Shown: in pieces, positions 19,692 to 28,328 of the stretch
Layout of the letters: each line of letters opens with the position of its first letter
Position numbering within the stretch: the first letter of the stretch is position 1
Origin: Thermodesulfovibrionales bacterium
GTDB taxonomy: Bacteria > Nitrospirota > Thermodesulfovibrionia > Thermodesulfovibrionales > CALJEL01
Reading direction: 5' to 3'
Length of the DNA stretch: 64,000 nucleotides
Assembly (NCBI GenBank): GCA_026417875.1
Contig: JAOACK010000003.1
Span: forward strand, 11,923-75,922
The notes under the pieces: generated by a model
Told to the model about the DNA's origin: nothing
The model's input: the letters and a program-made list of their open reading frames with translations, nothing else
Databases searched by the model: none
Translations under genes and position numbers: made by a program

Positions 19692-19749
19692 CTAATATAA
19701 ATTTAACTTTAATGTGTCAATAGATTATTACACATTACGGCTCAGATAT

Positions 19750-19929
19750 TCACTCTAACTTAATTGCCTGAGTGGGACAGATATCAGCAGCTTCCTGACA
19801 GTTGCAGGTGTTACATTTATCAGGACCTATTACCCAGGCCTTATCATCTCTCAGTTCAAAGACCTCAGGACAGAGTTCCACACAGGAACCACAGCCAATG
19901 CAAAGATCCAAGTCAACTACTGGAGTCAT
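19750..19929 (-). CDS. Small [4Fe-4S] ferredoxin (59 aa; below the ORF-track cutoff)
   Basis: Manual translation: MTPVVDLDLCIGCGSCVELCPEVFELRDDKAWVIGPDKCNTCNCQEAADICPTQAIKLE*. SD GAGGAGG sits 7 nt upstream of the ATG at 19929-19927. Confidence 0.85.
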   Translation of the reverse strand: MTPVVDLDLCIGCGSCVELCPEVFELRDDKAWVIGPDKCNTCNCQEAADICPTQAIKLE

Positions 19930-20056
19930 AATTTACCTCCTCTTATTAATTTAAGGCGATTTTAAAAATCACCCTTTGTATTATAACAACATTCCTTTAA
20001 AAAGTTTATAAGACTCAAAAGGACTTTTTTTTAAGTTGCCTGTGTTAATATAAAAA

Positions 20057-20815
20057 ATGTCATTTGTAATAGCCTTTGCGGGAAAGGGCGGTACAGGAAA
20101 GACTACCCTGTGCGGTTTGACCATAAGGTTTATTCTTGAACGAAGAAGAGGTCCGGTGCTTGCTGTTGATGCTGACAGTAACTCCTGTCTAAACGAGACA
20201 CTGGGCGTAGAGGTTCATACAACGGTTGGAAGACTGAGAGAGGAATCTCTACAGAAAGTAAGAACCGGTGATGAAAGGCCTGGCGGGATGAGCATGGAAC
20301 AGCTCTTTGATTACATGATCCAGCAGTGTCTTATTGAGGCTAAGGGTTTTGACCTTCTTGTCATGGGAAGACCTGAGGGCCCGGGTTGCTACTGCGCTGC
20401 AAATAATATTATAAGAAAATATACCGACAGACTTTCTGAACATTATCCCTATGTGGTTATTGATAATGAGGCTGGTATGGAGCATCTATCAAGGAGAACA
20501 ACACATAATGTGGATATCCTTTTTATTGTGAGTGATGCAACCAAAAAGGGTATCCTTACGGCAAAGAGGATTAATGAACTTGTAGATGAGCTCAATCTTG
20601 ATGTAAGGTCAAGGTATTTAATCATAAACAGGGTCTCAGAAGACCCTGATTCTTTAATAAGCCTTGCAAGAGAATTTAATTTAAATATTGCAGGATGGCT
20701 ACCTGATGATCCCCTTGTTCAGGAATATGACCTAAAAGGAACACCTGTTATCCAGTTACCTGAAGACTCCGGAATTCTGAAAAAATTTTATGGAATACTG
20801 GAAAGACTGATTTAA
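20057..20815 (+). CDS. cooC: CooC/AcsF-type Ni-insertion P-loop ATPase
   Basis: Deviant Walker A GKGGTGKTT, DADSNS, the CxC metal motif (GPGCYCAANN) and VIDNEAGMEHLSRRT. Confidence 0.75.
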   Translation: MSFVIAFAGKGGTGKTTLCGLTIRFILERRRGPVLAVDADSNSCLNETLGVEVHTTVGRLREESLQKVRTGDERPGGMSMEQLFDYMIQQCLIEAKGFDLLVMGRPEGPGCYCAANNIIRKYTDRLSEHYPYVVIDNEAGMEHLSRRTTHNVDILFIVSDATKKGILTAKRINELVDELNLDVRSRYLIINRVSEDPDSLISLAREFNLNIAGWLPDDPLVQEYDLKGTPVIQLPEDSGILKKFYGILERLI

Positions 20816-20859
20816 CCCTGGTTAATTACTATCATTACCTTAATCTGCTATAATAACCC

Positions 20860-22263
20860 ATGCCTCTGAGCCTCAAGCAGAAGCTTGTCCTCATGATGGT
20901 TGGTCTTTCGTTTATTCTTACAAGTCTGCTTCTGATTCTTTACTACCAGGCTGAAAGAATTCTCTACAAAAATCTCGAAGCCCAGATAGAGGACCTTTCA
21001 AAGATAATTCAGGTAGGTGTTGAAGAACTTACAGGTTCCTCAGATGAAAAACGACTGAAGGACTATCTTTCAAGACTGAAATCAAAGGGTATAAAAGAGG
21101 TTTCCATAATAAGCCATACTGATGAGATTCTTGCAAGTACAAATCCTGAAAAATCAGGAAGTACCATTAACCCAACAAAAAAAGAGATGATAATAAGGGC
21201 AGAACTTGGAGAGCCTGTTACCGCTGAGGGAAGGACGTATAATGTAATTGTCCCTGTGATCATGAACAATGAACACTATGGATACCTTCATCTAAAGATA
21301 AATACCGAGGATTTTTCCAGTATGCTAAGGTCAAATCTTTATAACAGAATATTAGTAACCCTGATTGTTTTTGGAGCTGGCATTGTCATGATTGTTTTTT
21401 TATCCACAAGATACACAAGACCCATCCAGGAGATTATAGTGGCTGTAAGAAATATAATGGCAGGAGAATACAACTATACCATGAAGATTAATACTCCCGG
21501 AGAGATAGGCGAACTTAGCGAGAATATTGAGAGAATGAAGAGGCTCCTTGAAGGACAGCAGAGGCTCCAGGAGAATCTCAGAAAGGCAGAACATCTTGCC
21601 ACTGTCGGTCAGTTTGCAAGAGAAATTGCACATGAGGTAAGGAACCCTTTAAATTTTATTAATCTCACCATTGACCATGTAAAAACAAAATTATTAAAAA
21701 ATAGTGATTTCATTAAGGAAGCAGAACTCCTGGAGGCTGTCAAGAGGGAAGTTCACAGGCTTGATAATCTCGTGAATAATTTTCTTGAATATGCAAAACC
21801 ACTAATTCTGAAAAAACAGAGGATTGATACAGGAAAACTCCTGACAGAGATAATAGAACTCATAAAGGCAAAAGCAGAGGCTTCAGGGATTGAGATTATA
21901 ACGGAATTCAGCACCCTGCCATTTATTGATGCAGATCCCGATCTTCTTAAGACAGCTTTAATGAACATCATAAAAAACGCCTTTGAGGCAATGCCGGAGG
22001 GAGGGACATTGACCCTTAGGACTGGGATCGAGGCAGATAATTTTTACATTGAGATCTCTGATAATGGTGAAGGTATTCCAGAAGACCGGCTTACAAAGGT
22101 ATTTGACCCTTTCTTCACAACTAAAGAGAAGGGTCTCGGGCTGGGCCTCACAACGACCAAAAGAATTATAGAGGAACACGGAGGAAGGATTTTCATAAAA
22201 AGTAAAGGTGGTACAGACGTAAAATTGATTTTTGGTCGGGATCGCCAAGGAGATATTTTTTGA
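20860..22263 (+). CDS. Sensor histidine kinase (periplasmic domain, HAMP, HisKA, HATPase_c)
   Basis: Two TM helices, H-box FAREIAHEVRNPLNFI, N-box IIKNAFEAM, and G-boxes DNGEGI / GLGLGL. Confidence 0.9.
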   Translation: MPLSLKQKLVLMMVGLSFILTSLLLILYYQAERILYKNLEAQIEDLSKIIQVGVEELTGSSDEKRLKDYLSRLKSKGIKEVSIISHTDEILASTNPEKSGSTINPTKKEMIIRAELGEPVTAEGRTYNVIVPVIMNNEHYGYLHLKINTEDFSSMLRSNLYNRILVTLIVFGAGIVMIVFLSTRYTRPIQEIIVAVRNIMAGEYNYTMKINTPGEIGELSENIERMKRLLEGQQRLQENLRKAEHLATVGQFAREIAHEVRNPLNFINLTIDHVKTKLLKNSDFIKEAELLEAVKREVHRLDNLVNNFLEYAKPLILKKQRIDTGKLLTEIIELIKAKAEASGIEIITEFSTLPFIDADPDLLKTALMNIIKNAFEAMPEGGTLTLRTGIEADNFYIEISDNGEGIPEDRLTKVFDPFFTTKEKGLGLGLTTTKRIIEEHGGRIFIKSKGGTDVKLIFGRDRQGDIF

Positions 22264-22297
22264 CTTATAAAGATATCTGCTTTACAGGGGATTAATT

Positions 22298-23668
22298 ATG
22301 GCAAAGGTCCTGGTTGTAGATGATGAGGAGCAACAGAGAGATATAATCGTTACAATACTGGAAGATGAGGGAATTAATACACTGGGTGCCTCCTCCGTTC
22401 AGGAGGCATTGGAGCTTATAAACAAGTATGAGCCAGAAGTTGTCCTTACAGATCTCAGGCTTGGCAAAATGAACGGAATAGAGCTTATGGAAAAAGTTTT
22501 AAATTCCAAGAATACAGAATCTGATCGGCTCAAGCCTTCATTCATCATTCTAACAGCCTACGGAACGATCAGTTCCGCAGTTGAAGCTGTTAAAAAAGGA
22601 GCCTTTGATTATCTTACAAAACCCATTGACAGGGACGTGCTTCTGATATCAGTAAGAAGAGCACTTGAGAGGGAAAGAATAGTAAGAGAAAATATTAAAT
22701 TAAAAAAAGCCCTCTCAGAGCATTTTAAGGTTGAAGGTATAGTGGGAAGAGCTCCAGGTTTTGTAAAGGCCATCTCTATGGCAAAGCTCGTATCTCAAAC
22801 AAATACTACAGTACTTATCACAGGTGAAAGTGGAACGGGAAAGGAACTTATTGCAAAGGCTATCCATTATAATAGTCCCAGGCATTCAAAACCCTTTGTA
22901 GCAATAAACTGTGCCTCAATACCTGAAACACTTATTGAGAGCGAGCTCTTCGGCTATGAGCCTGGTGCTTTCACAGGCGCAGCAACAAGAAAAAAAGGCC
23001 TTTTTGAGATTGCAGATGAAGGAACATTATTCCTTGATGAGATTGGAGAGCTTCCACTGAGCACCCAGGCAAAACTCCTGAGAGCACTTCAGGAAAAGGA
23101 AATATGGAGAGTAGGAGGAAGGGAACCGGTCAGGATAGATGTAAGGATTGTAGCAGCAACAAACAGGAACCTAGAAGAGGAGCTAAAAAAGGGAAGATTC
23201 AGGGAAGATTTATTTTATAGATTAAGGGTTGTAACAATTGAGATGCCACCACTCAGGGAAAGAAGGGAAGATATTCCCGTTCTTGTTGAACATTTCATAA
23301 AAAAATATTCAAAGGAATTTCGGAAGGAAATAAAGAGCATAGAACCTTCTGCTTTAAGAAGACTTGAAAGATACCACTGGCCGGGAAATGTGAGACAGCT
23401 TATGTCTGTAATAGAAAGGGCAGTTATTATGGCAGATGATATTATAAGGCTTGAACATATAGAGGATGAACTTAAAGATTTTTCTGGCAGAAGCCCCTAT
23501 GATGTTGATATACCACCTGAGGGTCTTAATCTTGAAGAGCTTGAAAGAGCTCTATTTAAAAAGGCTATGGAACGTGCAAATGGCGTGATTGCTAAGGCCG
23601 CAAAGCTCCTCGGTCTTAGCTACAAGGCATTCTGGTATAGATGGCAGAATATGAATAACCGTGATTGA
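22298..23668 (+). CDS. Sigma54-dependent response regulator (REC-AAA+-Fis HTH, NtrC family)
   Basis: REC domain (VLVVDDE...DLRLGKMNG), Walker A GESGTGKE, GAFTGA loop (EPGAFTGA) and a C-terminal HTH. Confidence 0.92.
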   Translation: MAKVLVVDDEEQQRDIIVTILEDEGINTLGASSVQEALELINKYEPEVVLTDLRLGKMNGIELMEKVLNSKNTESDRLKPSFIILTAYGTISSAVEAVKKGAFDYLTKPIDRDVLLISVRRALERERIVRENIKLKKALSEHFKVEGIVGRAPGFVKAISMAKLVSQTNTTVLITGESGTGKELIAKAIHYNSPRHSKPFVAINCASIPETLIESELFGYEPGAFTGAATRKKGLFEIADEGTLFLDEIGELPLSTQAKLLRALQEKEIWRVGGREPVRIDVRIVAATNRNLEEELKKGRFREDLFYRLRVVTIEMPPLRERREDIPVLVEHFIKKYSKEFRKEIKSIEPSALRRLERYHWPGNVRQLMSVIERAVIMADDIIRLEHIEDELKDFSGRSPYDVDIPPEGLNLEELERALFKKAMERANGVIAKAAKLLGLSYKAFWYRWQNMNNRD

Positions 23669-23699
23669 CTTAAATCATCAGATAGAAGGCTTAAAGTTT

Positions 23700-24968
23700 T
23701 TACAGACATACCGGCCTGCAGGAAAAATCCTCTGTGAGATAAATAAATCTTTTTCTGAATTCCTCAGGGCTGATACCACAGACTCCAGAGAGTTTTTTAA
23801 GCATTTCCCCTTTGAAATCACCACTTTCAAGCCTTATCATATACATCCTGCCAACCATATAGGTCTCTGAATTAATATCCACAAGTCTCAGACTGATTCT
23901 ACCTTCCTTATTTGTAAGTTCTTCAAAAGGAACAGGATGGAGTTTACCATCATGAAAGGATACGAGTGCGCCCCTGCCGCCCTCAAGAAGGAATTTTACC
24001 GCACCGTAACCAAGATTTCTTGTATATTCCACATCGAAGGGTATTGGAGCTGCTGCCCTTAACTCATAGCCAATATTTTTGTCAACAATAGTGATATTTA
24101 TCCCGTGCTCTTTAAGGGTATTTTTTACCTCATGTTTTAAAATCCTTCCAAGCTGTATCTCTGATAACCTTATCCTGCCAGTCTCATCCTTCTCGAGATA
24201 TTCATACTTACTCAATTCATTAATATCAAGTTTTTCTGCTATACCTTCTGCAAGAATCGCCACTCCGTGAGTTCTTCCCATCGCAAGCCTTTTTATTATT
24301 GAACCTGCAAGGAGATCAGATATCTTTTTTAAAGGAACAACTTTTTCCCGAAACTCCTCTGGTATAAGTGTGATTGTCGCACCTGAAGATTTTCCGATGC
24401 CCAGGGCAAGATGGCCTGCATGCCTTCCCATGGTAGTAACAAAATACCACCTCTCCATTGTCCTGGCATCTTCCATTATATTTTTTACAATCTCCACTCC
24501 CCAGTGTCTTGCTGTTTCATAGCCAAAAGTCGGCATGCCTCCTGGAAGGGGAATGTCATTATCTATAGTCTTTGGAACATGGGCAACAGAAAGCCACTTT
24601 GCCTCTTTCTGTATCCAGTTTGCCATAAATACTGTGCCTTCTCCACCGATGGTGATGAGATAGCGAATCCCTAAGTCACGAAGTGTCCTGATAAGAATAC
24701 GAAATCTCTCCTTGACCCTGTCAGGATAATCCCTTGATGTTCCGAGTATGGACCCACCCTGGGTATGTATCCTTGAGACATCATTGATTGTAAGTTTAAC
24801 TACTGATTTTTTATCACCATTAAATAAAGTTTTAAATCCACCTTTAATTCCTATTACCTCGCAGCCCTCATTTATTGCCTCGATTGTAGCCGAACTTATA
24901 ACACCATTGATGCCTGGTGCAGGACCGCCTCCAACAACAATCCCAAGATATCCTTTACCTTTTCTCAT
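23700..24968 (-). CDS. 6-phosphofructokinase family (ATP versus PPi specificity unresolved)
   Basis: GIVVGGGPAPGINGVI, TIGGEGT and PKTIDNDI motifs. ATGA overlap with the upstream aldolase gene. Confidence 0.85.
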   Translation of the reverse strand: MRKGKGYLGIVVGGGPAPGINGVISSATIEAINEGCEVIGIKGGFKTLFNGDKKSVVKLTINDVSRIHTQGGSILGTSRDYPDRVKERFRILIRTLRDLGIRYLITIGGEGTVFMANWIQKEAKWLSVAHVPKTIDNDIPLPGGMPTFGYETARHWGVEIVKNIMEDARTMERWYFVTTMGRHAGHLALGIGKSSGATITLIPEEFREKVVPLKKISDLLAGSIIKRLAMGRTHGVAILAEGIAEKLDINELSKYEYLEKDETGRIRLSEIQLGRILKHEVKNTLKEHGINITIVDKNIGYELRAAAPIPFDVEYTRNLGYGAVKFLLEGGRGALVSFHDGKLHPVPFEELTNKEGRISLRLVDINSETYMVGRMYMIRLESGDFKGEMLKKLSGVCGISPEEFRKRFIYLTEDFSCRPVCL

Positions 24969-26206
24969 CTCTTTACTGTAGCTCTTACAATTTCTGAGGT
25001 ATTTACTACCTTAAGCTTCTTGAATAATAACTCAAATCTATCTCCAAGCTCCTCCCTTAGGCCTGCCCTGACCTTTTCAGGCAGGTCCCACCACCTTTTT
25101 TTCAGTGAACCGAAACCCTTTTTTCTTATCTTATATATAAACTGTTCATCGGTCTCGCCCTCTTTTCTCTCTGAAGCAAATTCTTTTTTAAGGTATTCAT
25201 AAACCTCCATTCTAAATTCTTCAGGAAGTACTTTACTGTCATAAAGGATATTCTGGAATCCTGTTGCAAGATGTATCTCAGCAGTGCCAACTTCTGGAAA
25301 CATATCAAAGGCATTCTCAGGAAGTGTAGATGCTCCATGCTGCACAGCACCTGCAAGTCCATATTCTCTTCTTGCTATATCAGAAAGAACCCTGAGGGTA
25401 TCAAAATCTATATTTACCTCCTTGAGACTTCCATCTGGTAGCACCACCCCTCCATGGCTTGTCCCTGTCTGGACACTTATCTTGCATAGTCCGCCACTAC
25501 CTCTGAATGTCCTGTTAAAACCATCAAGAAATGCCCTGAGCTCCTCTGGTGTGCTGTTTTTATGACCTATCTCTCCTATCTCTCCTCCTATTGATATAGA
25601 AATTCCTTCCGGTTCAAGAAGTCTTATATGTTCAGCAAGCCTTGCGGTATGCTCAAAATTTGGCCTCTGCTGTTCGTAAACAGAGTCTCTGGATAGGTCA
25701 ACAAGGGTCGAGCTATCAATATCTATATTGTAAAACTCTGCCTCTATTGCCTCCTTTATTAATCTCTTTAGATAATTTATTTCTCCCTCGGGATCTTTCT
25801 CAAAATTTCTCTTTACGATCTGGAAATGGTCACCCTGAAGAAAAACCGGTCCTCTGTAACCCTCTCTAACAGCTGCAGAAAGTATTACTGCTGAGTATTC
25901 AAGGGGTCTCTGTTTTGTATATCCTATTTCTGAACGGGCTATTTCAAAGATCACTGCTCCAACTTTATGTTCAATTGCCTTTTTGAAAGCAGCTCTTGCC
26001 ACATCATAAGTGAGTCCTCTGATGTTTATAGCTGGTACAGTAAAGCCAGGAAATTCCTTTGCAAAGGTCTCATAAAGACCCTTTATGGATGCGGGCCATA
26101 CACCCTGATTCTTTGCTTCTTCCTTCAACTTCTTCAAGGACTTAATTTTCTTCTCTTCATCATCTGTAAATACTGCCTCATAAACTGCCATATCAAGGAT
26201 TTCCAT
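24965..26206 (-). CDS. Class II fructose/tagatose-bisphosphate aldolase family (long form)
   Basis: PAINIRGLTYDVA..., FLQGDHFQ and SVQTGTSHGG motifs. I chose the ATG at 26206, which has SD GAGGAGGAG. The ORF-track TTG at 26221 is less likely. Confidence 0.75.
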   Translation of the reverse strand: MEILDMAVYEAVFTDDEEKKIKSLKKLKEEAKNQGVWPASIKGLYETFAKEFPGFTVPAINIRGLTYDVARAAFKKAIEHKVGAVIFEIARSEIGYTKQRPLEYSAVILSAAVREGYRGPVFLQGDHFQIVKRNFEKDPEGEINYLKRLIKEAIEAEFYNIDIDSSTLVDLSRDSVYEQQRPNFEHTARLAEHIRLLEPEGISISIGGEIGEIGHKNSTPEELRAFLDGFNRTFRGSGGLCKISVQTGTSHGGVVLPDGSLKEVNIDFDTLRVLSDIARREYGLAGAVQHGASTLPENAFDMFPEVGTAEIHLATGFQNILYDSKVLPEEFRMEVYEYLKKEFASERKEGETDEQFIYKIRKKGFGSLKKRWWDLPEKVRAGLREELGDRFELLFKKLKVVNTSEIVRATVKR

Positions 26207-26381
26207 TATTCTCCTCCTCAAGTTCTTTAGGTTTTTTGACTTTATCTTCTTCTGATAATAAAATCTTGATACTTATATCCCTGACAAACTCTGGACAGTG
26301 CAAAGAACTTCCGGATAAGGAGAACTTCTTCTGACAGGTCTCCCTCCAGGCACATATGGCACAGCATTCTATGCTATTCAT
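26193..26381 (-). CDS. Cys-rich 62-aa protein of unknown function with an acidic tail
   Basis: MNSIECCAICAWRETCQKKF...HCPEF... ATGA start/stop overlap with the upstream gene, and its 3' end overlaps the aldolase start. No homology inferred. Confidence 0.5.
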   Translation of the reverse strand: MNSIECCAICAWRETCQKKFSLSGSSLHCPEFVRDISIKILLSEEDKVKKPKELEEENNGNP

Positions 26382-27217
26382 GAGCTCACCTTTTTACTAT
26401 AATACCATGAAAGAATCGTCTCGATGTTCTGTATAATAGAATCTCCGGAGTTCATTATGAAAAGACTGTTCTCTAAATGAAATATCTCTTTTTTAATCCT
26501 TTCAAGGGGTGTTTTTAATTCTTCTTCGAACATAGGAACTATCTTGTCCTTCATCCTCAGTTCTGTATCCATAAAGAAGATGCTTAATTCAGGTCTGAGG
26601 ATCTTTATTCTATCAAGGAACGCCTTAATCTCCTTCTGGTATATCTGTTTTGGAGGAGAGGATTTGACCTCGGCATAAAGTATGGAATGGTTAAATTTTG
26701 CTATTACATCATAATCACCCCCAGGTGGCGAGGTAATAGCTACAGGTTTCTTAAATCTCACTCCCCATGTCGCTTCCATCAGAAATTCTCGTTTCAGGAT
26801 TTCAGAGAAAAACCACTCAAGGGTCTCACCAAAACTTTTCACTGATTTTTTAAGAAAAAAAAGATGTCTATTTAACCTACCAATAAGTCCTATTTTTCTT
26901 AGATAAGCTACATAGTTCTCTATAACTTCTCTCGTGGCATAGCGGGTCACATCCTCTAATGAAAATCCTCTCTGGAATTTTATAACATCCCTTAGAAAAA
27001 GACGGAAGGAATATTTATGGAGTTTTTTATAGTACTGATTTAAAAATTGAGATTCAGGTATAAGTAGATCATCAGAAGGTTCCTTTTTAAAAACCTTCAG
27101 GCCTCTTCTTCTTAAAAGGGCTTCAAGGGAAGGAGGAGTATCCCTTATAATCTTTCTTAATCTTTTAATCTCCCTTTTCAGGGCCTTTATGTCATTCCCG
27201 CAATCGTTACAGAACAT
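26378..27217 (-). CDS. Hypothetical protein: N-terminal CxxC, wHTH-like middle region, C-terminal Mrr/PD-(D/E)xK nuclease-like core
   Basis: LEWFFSEILKREF...GGDYDVIAKFNHSILYAEVKSS fits the E...D...ExK restriction-endonuclease-fold signature. The gene is tightly packed between yjbQ and the Cys-rich ORF. Confidence 0.55.
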   Translation of the reverse strand: MFCNDCGNDIKALKREIKRLRKIIRDTPPSLEALLRRRGLKVFKKEPSDDLLIPESQFLNQYYKKLHKYSFRLFLRDVIKFQRGFSLEDVTRYATREVIENYVAYLRKIGLIGRLNRHLFFLKKSVKSFGETLEWFFSEILKREFLMEATWGVRFKKPVAITSPPGGDYDVIAKFNHSILYAEVKSSPPKQIYQKEIKAFLDRIKILRPELSIFFMDTELRMKDKIVPMFEEELKTPLERIKKEIFHLENSLFIMNSGDSIIQNIETILSWYYSKKVSS

Positions 27218-27219
27218 CT

Positions 27220-27624
27220 TCAGTCATCAGAAAGAATCTTTACAGCTACACGCCTGTGTCTCGGCCCATCAAATTCACAGAAGTATATAGCCTGCCAGGT
27301 TCCAAGAACGAGCCTTCCATCTTCAATAAAAATAAATTTATCAACTCCCACAATGGTAGATTTAATGTGGGCATCTGCATTGCCTTCCCTGTGCAGATAA
27401 TTCAGGTCCTGAGGAACGAGTCTTGAAAGGAGTGCCTGTACATCCCTCTGGACTGAAGGATCAGCTCCCTCATTTATTGTTATACCTGCTGTTGTGTGGG
27501 GAACAAAGAGGAAGCATATTCCATTTTTAATTCCCTCAGCGTCAATCACCTTCTGAATTTCTGAGGTTATGTCAATAAATTCTGTCCTAGCCTTACTTTT
27601 TACAGTGATGGTTTTTATCTTCAT
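27220..27624 (-). CDS. yjbQ: YjbQ/UPF0047 family (secondary thiamine-phosphate synthase-like)
   Basis: FVPHTTAGITINE.ADP.V..D, REGNADAHIKS and GTWQAIYFCEFDGPR motifs. Confidence 0.8.
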   Translation of the reverse strand: MKIKTITVKSKARTEFIDITSEIQKVIDAEGIKNGICFLFVPHTTAGITINEGADPSVQRDVQALLSRLVPQDLNYLHREGNADAHIKSTIVGVDKFIFIEDGRLVLGTWQAIYFCEFDGPRHRRVAVKILSDD

Positions 27625-27730
27625 CTAAACCTCCCGGTATAATAATTCCGTAATAGATCAGACTTAATGAATAATAAACAGGCTTTATATCTAATGCCGA
27701 TCACGCATATGGTCTGCTGCAAACTTAAAA

Positions 27731-28219
27731 TTAAAGCTTATAGCCGATCTTTCTGAGAAACTCCTTCCTCTTAACCTTATCCTCCTGTACCTCAATTCCC
27801 TTTGGAGAAGCTCCATCTATAACACCCAGTATGCCCCTGCCCTGCTCTGTTTCAGCAACAATAACCTGTAGTGGATTTGCTGTAGCACAGAAGATTCGGC
27901 ACACCTCAGGACATAATTTTATCTGATTAAGGACATTAATCGGATAGGCCTTTCTAAGCAGTATACAGAATACATGACCTGCACCTATATCTTGAAGTAT
28001 CCTTGCACAACTCTGTATAAGTTCCTCACTATTGCCCTCAGTCCTAATGAGACAGGGGCCCGAAGCCTCTGTAAAGGCAACGCCAAATTCCGCACCAGGT
28101 ATTGTGCCTGCCATTATTTCATAGAGGTCTTCAGTTGTCTTAATAAAATGGGTCTGGCCAAGGATAATATTACAACCTTCAGGAATATTGATTCGCACAG
28201 TTTTTATCTCCATAGCCAC
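27731..28219 (-). CDS. Adenosine-specific kinase family (PF04008-like) protein
   Basis: GVAFTEASGPCLIRTEGN..., AGHVFCILLRKAYPINVLNQIK and CATANPLQVIVAETEQGRGILGVIDG as remembered for this family. Confidence 0.55.
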   Translation of the reverse strand: MAMEIKTVRINIPEGCNIILGQTHFIKTTEDLYEIMAGTIPGAEFGVAFTEASGPCLIRTEGNSEELIQSCARILQDIGAGHVFCILLRKAYPINVLNQIKLCPEVCRIFCATANPLQVIVAETEQGRGILGVIDGASPKGIEVQEDKVKRKEFLRKIGYKL

Positions 28220-28328
28220 CTCCTAAATTATGCAAATGAGTAAATCTATGAGTATCCATCAATTTTATCTATAATGATAGGGCATAAACTTTTTCGATTT
28301 CAAAGGGTAATATGCCCTTTGTGCTATA

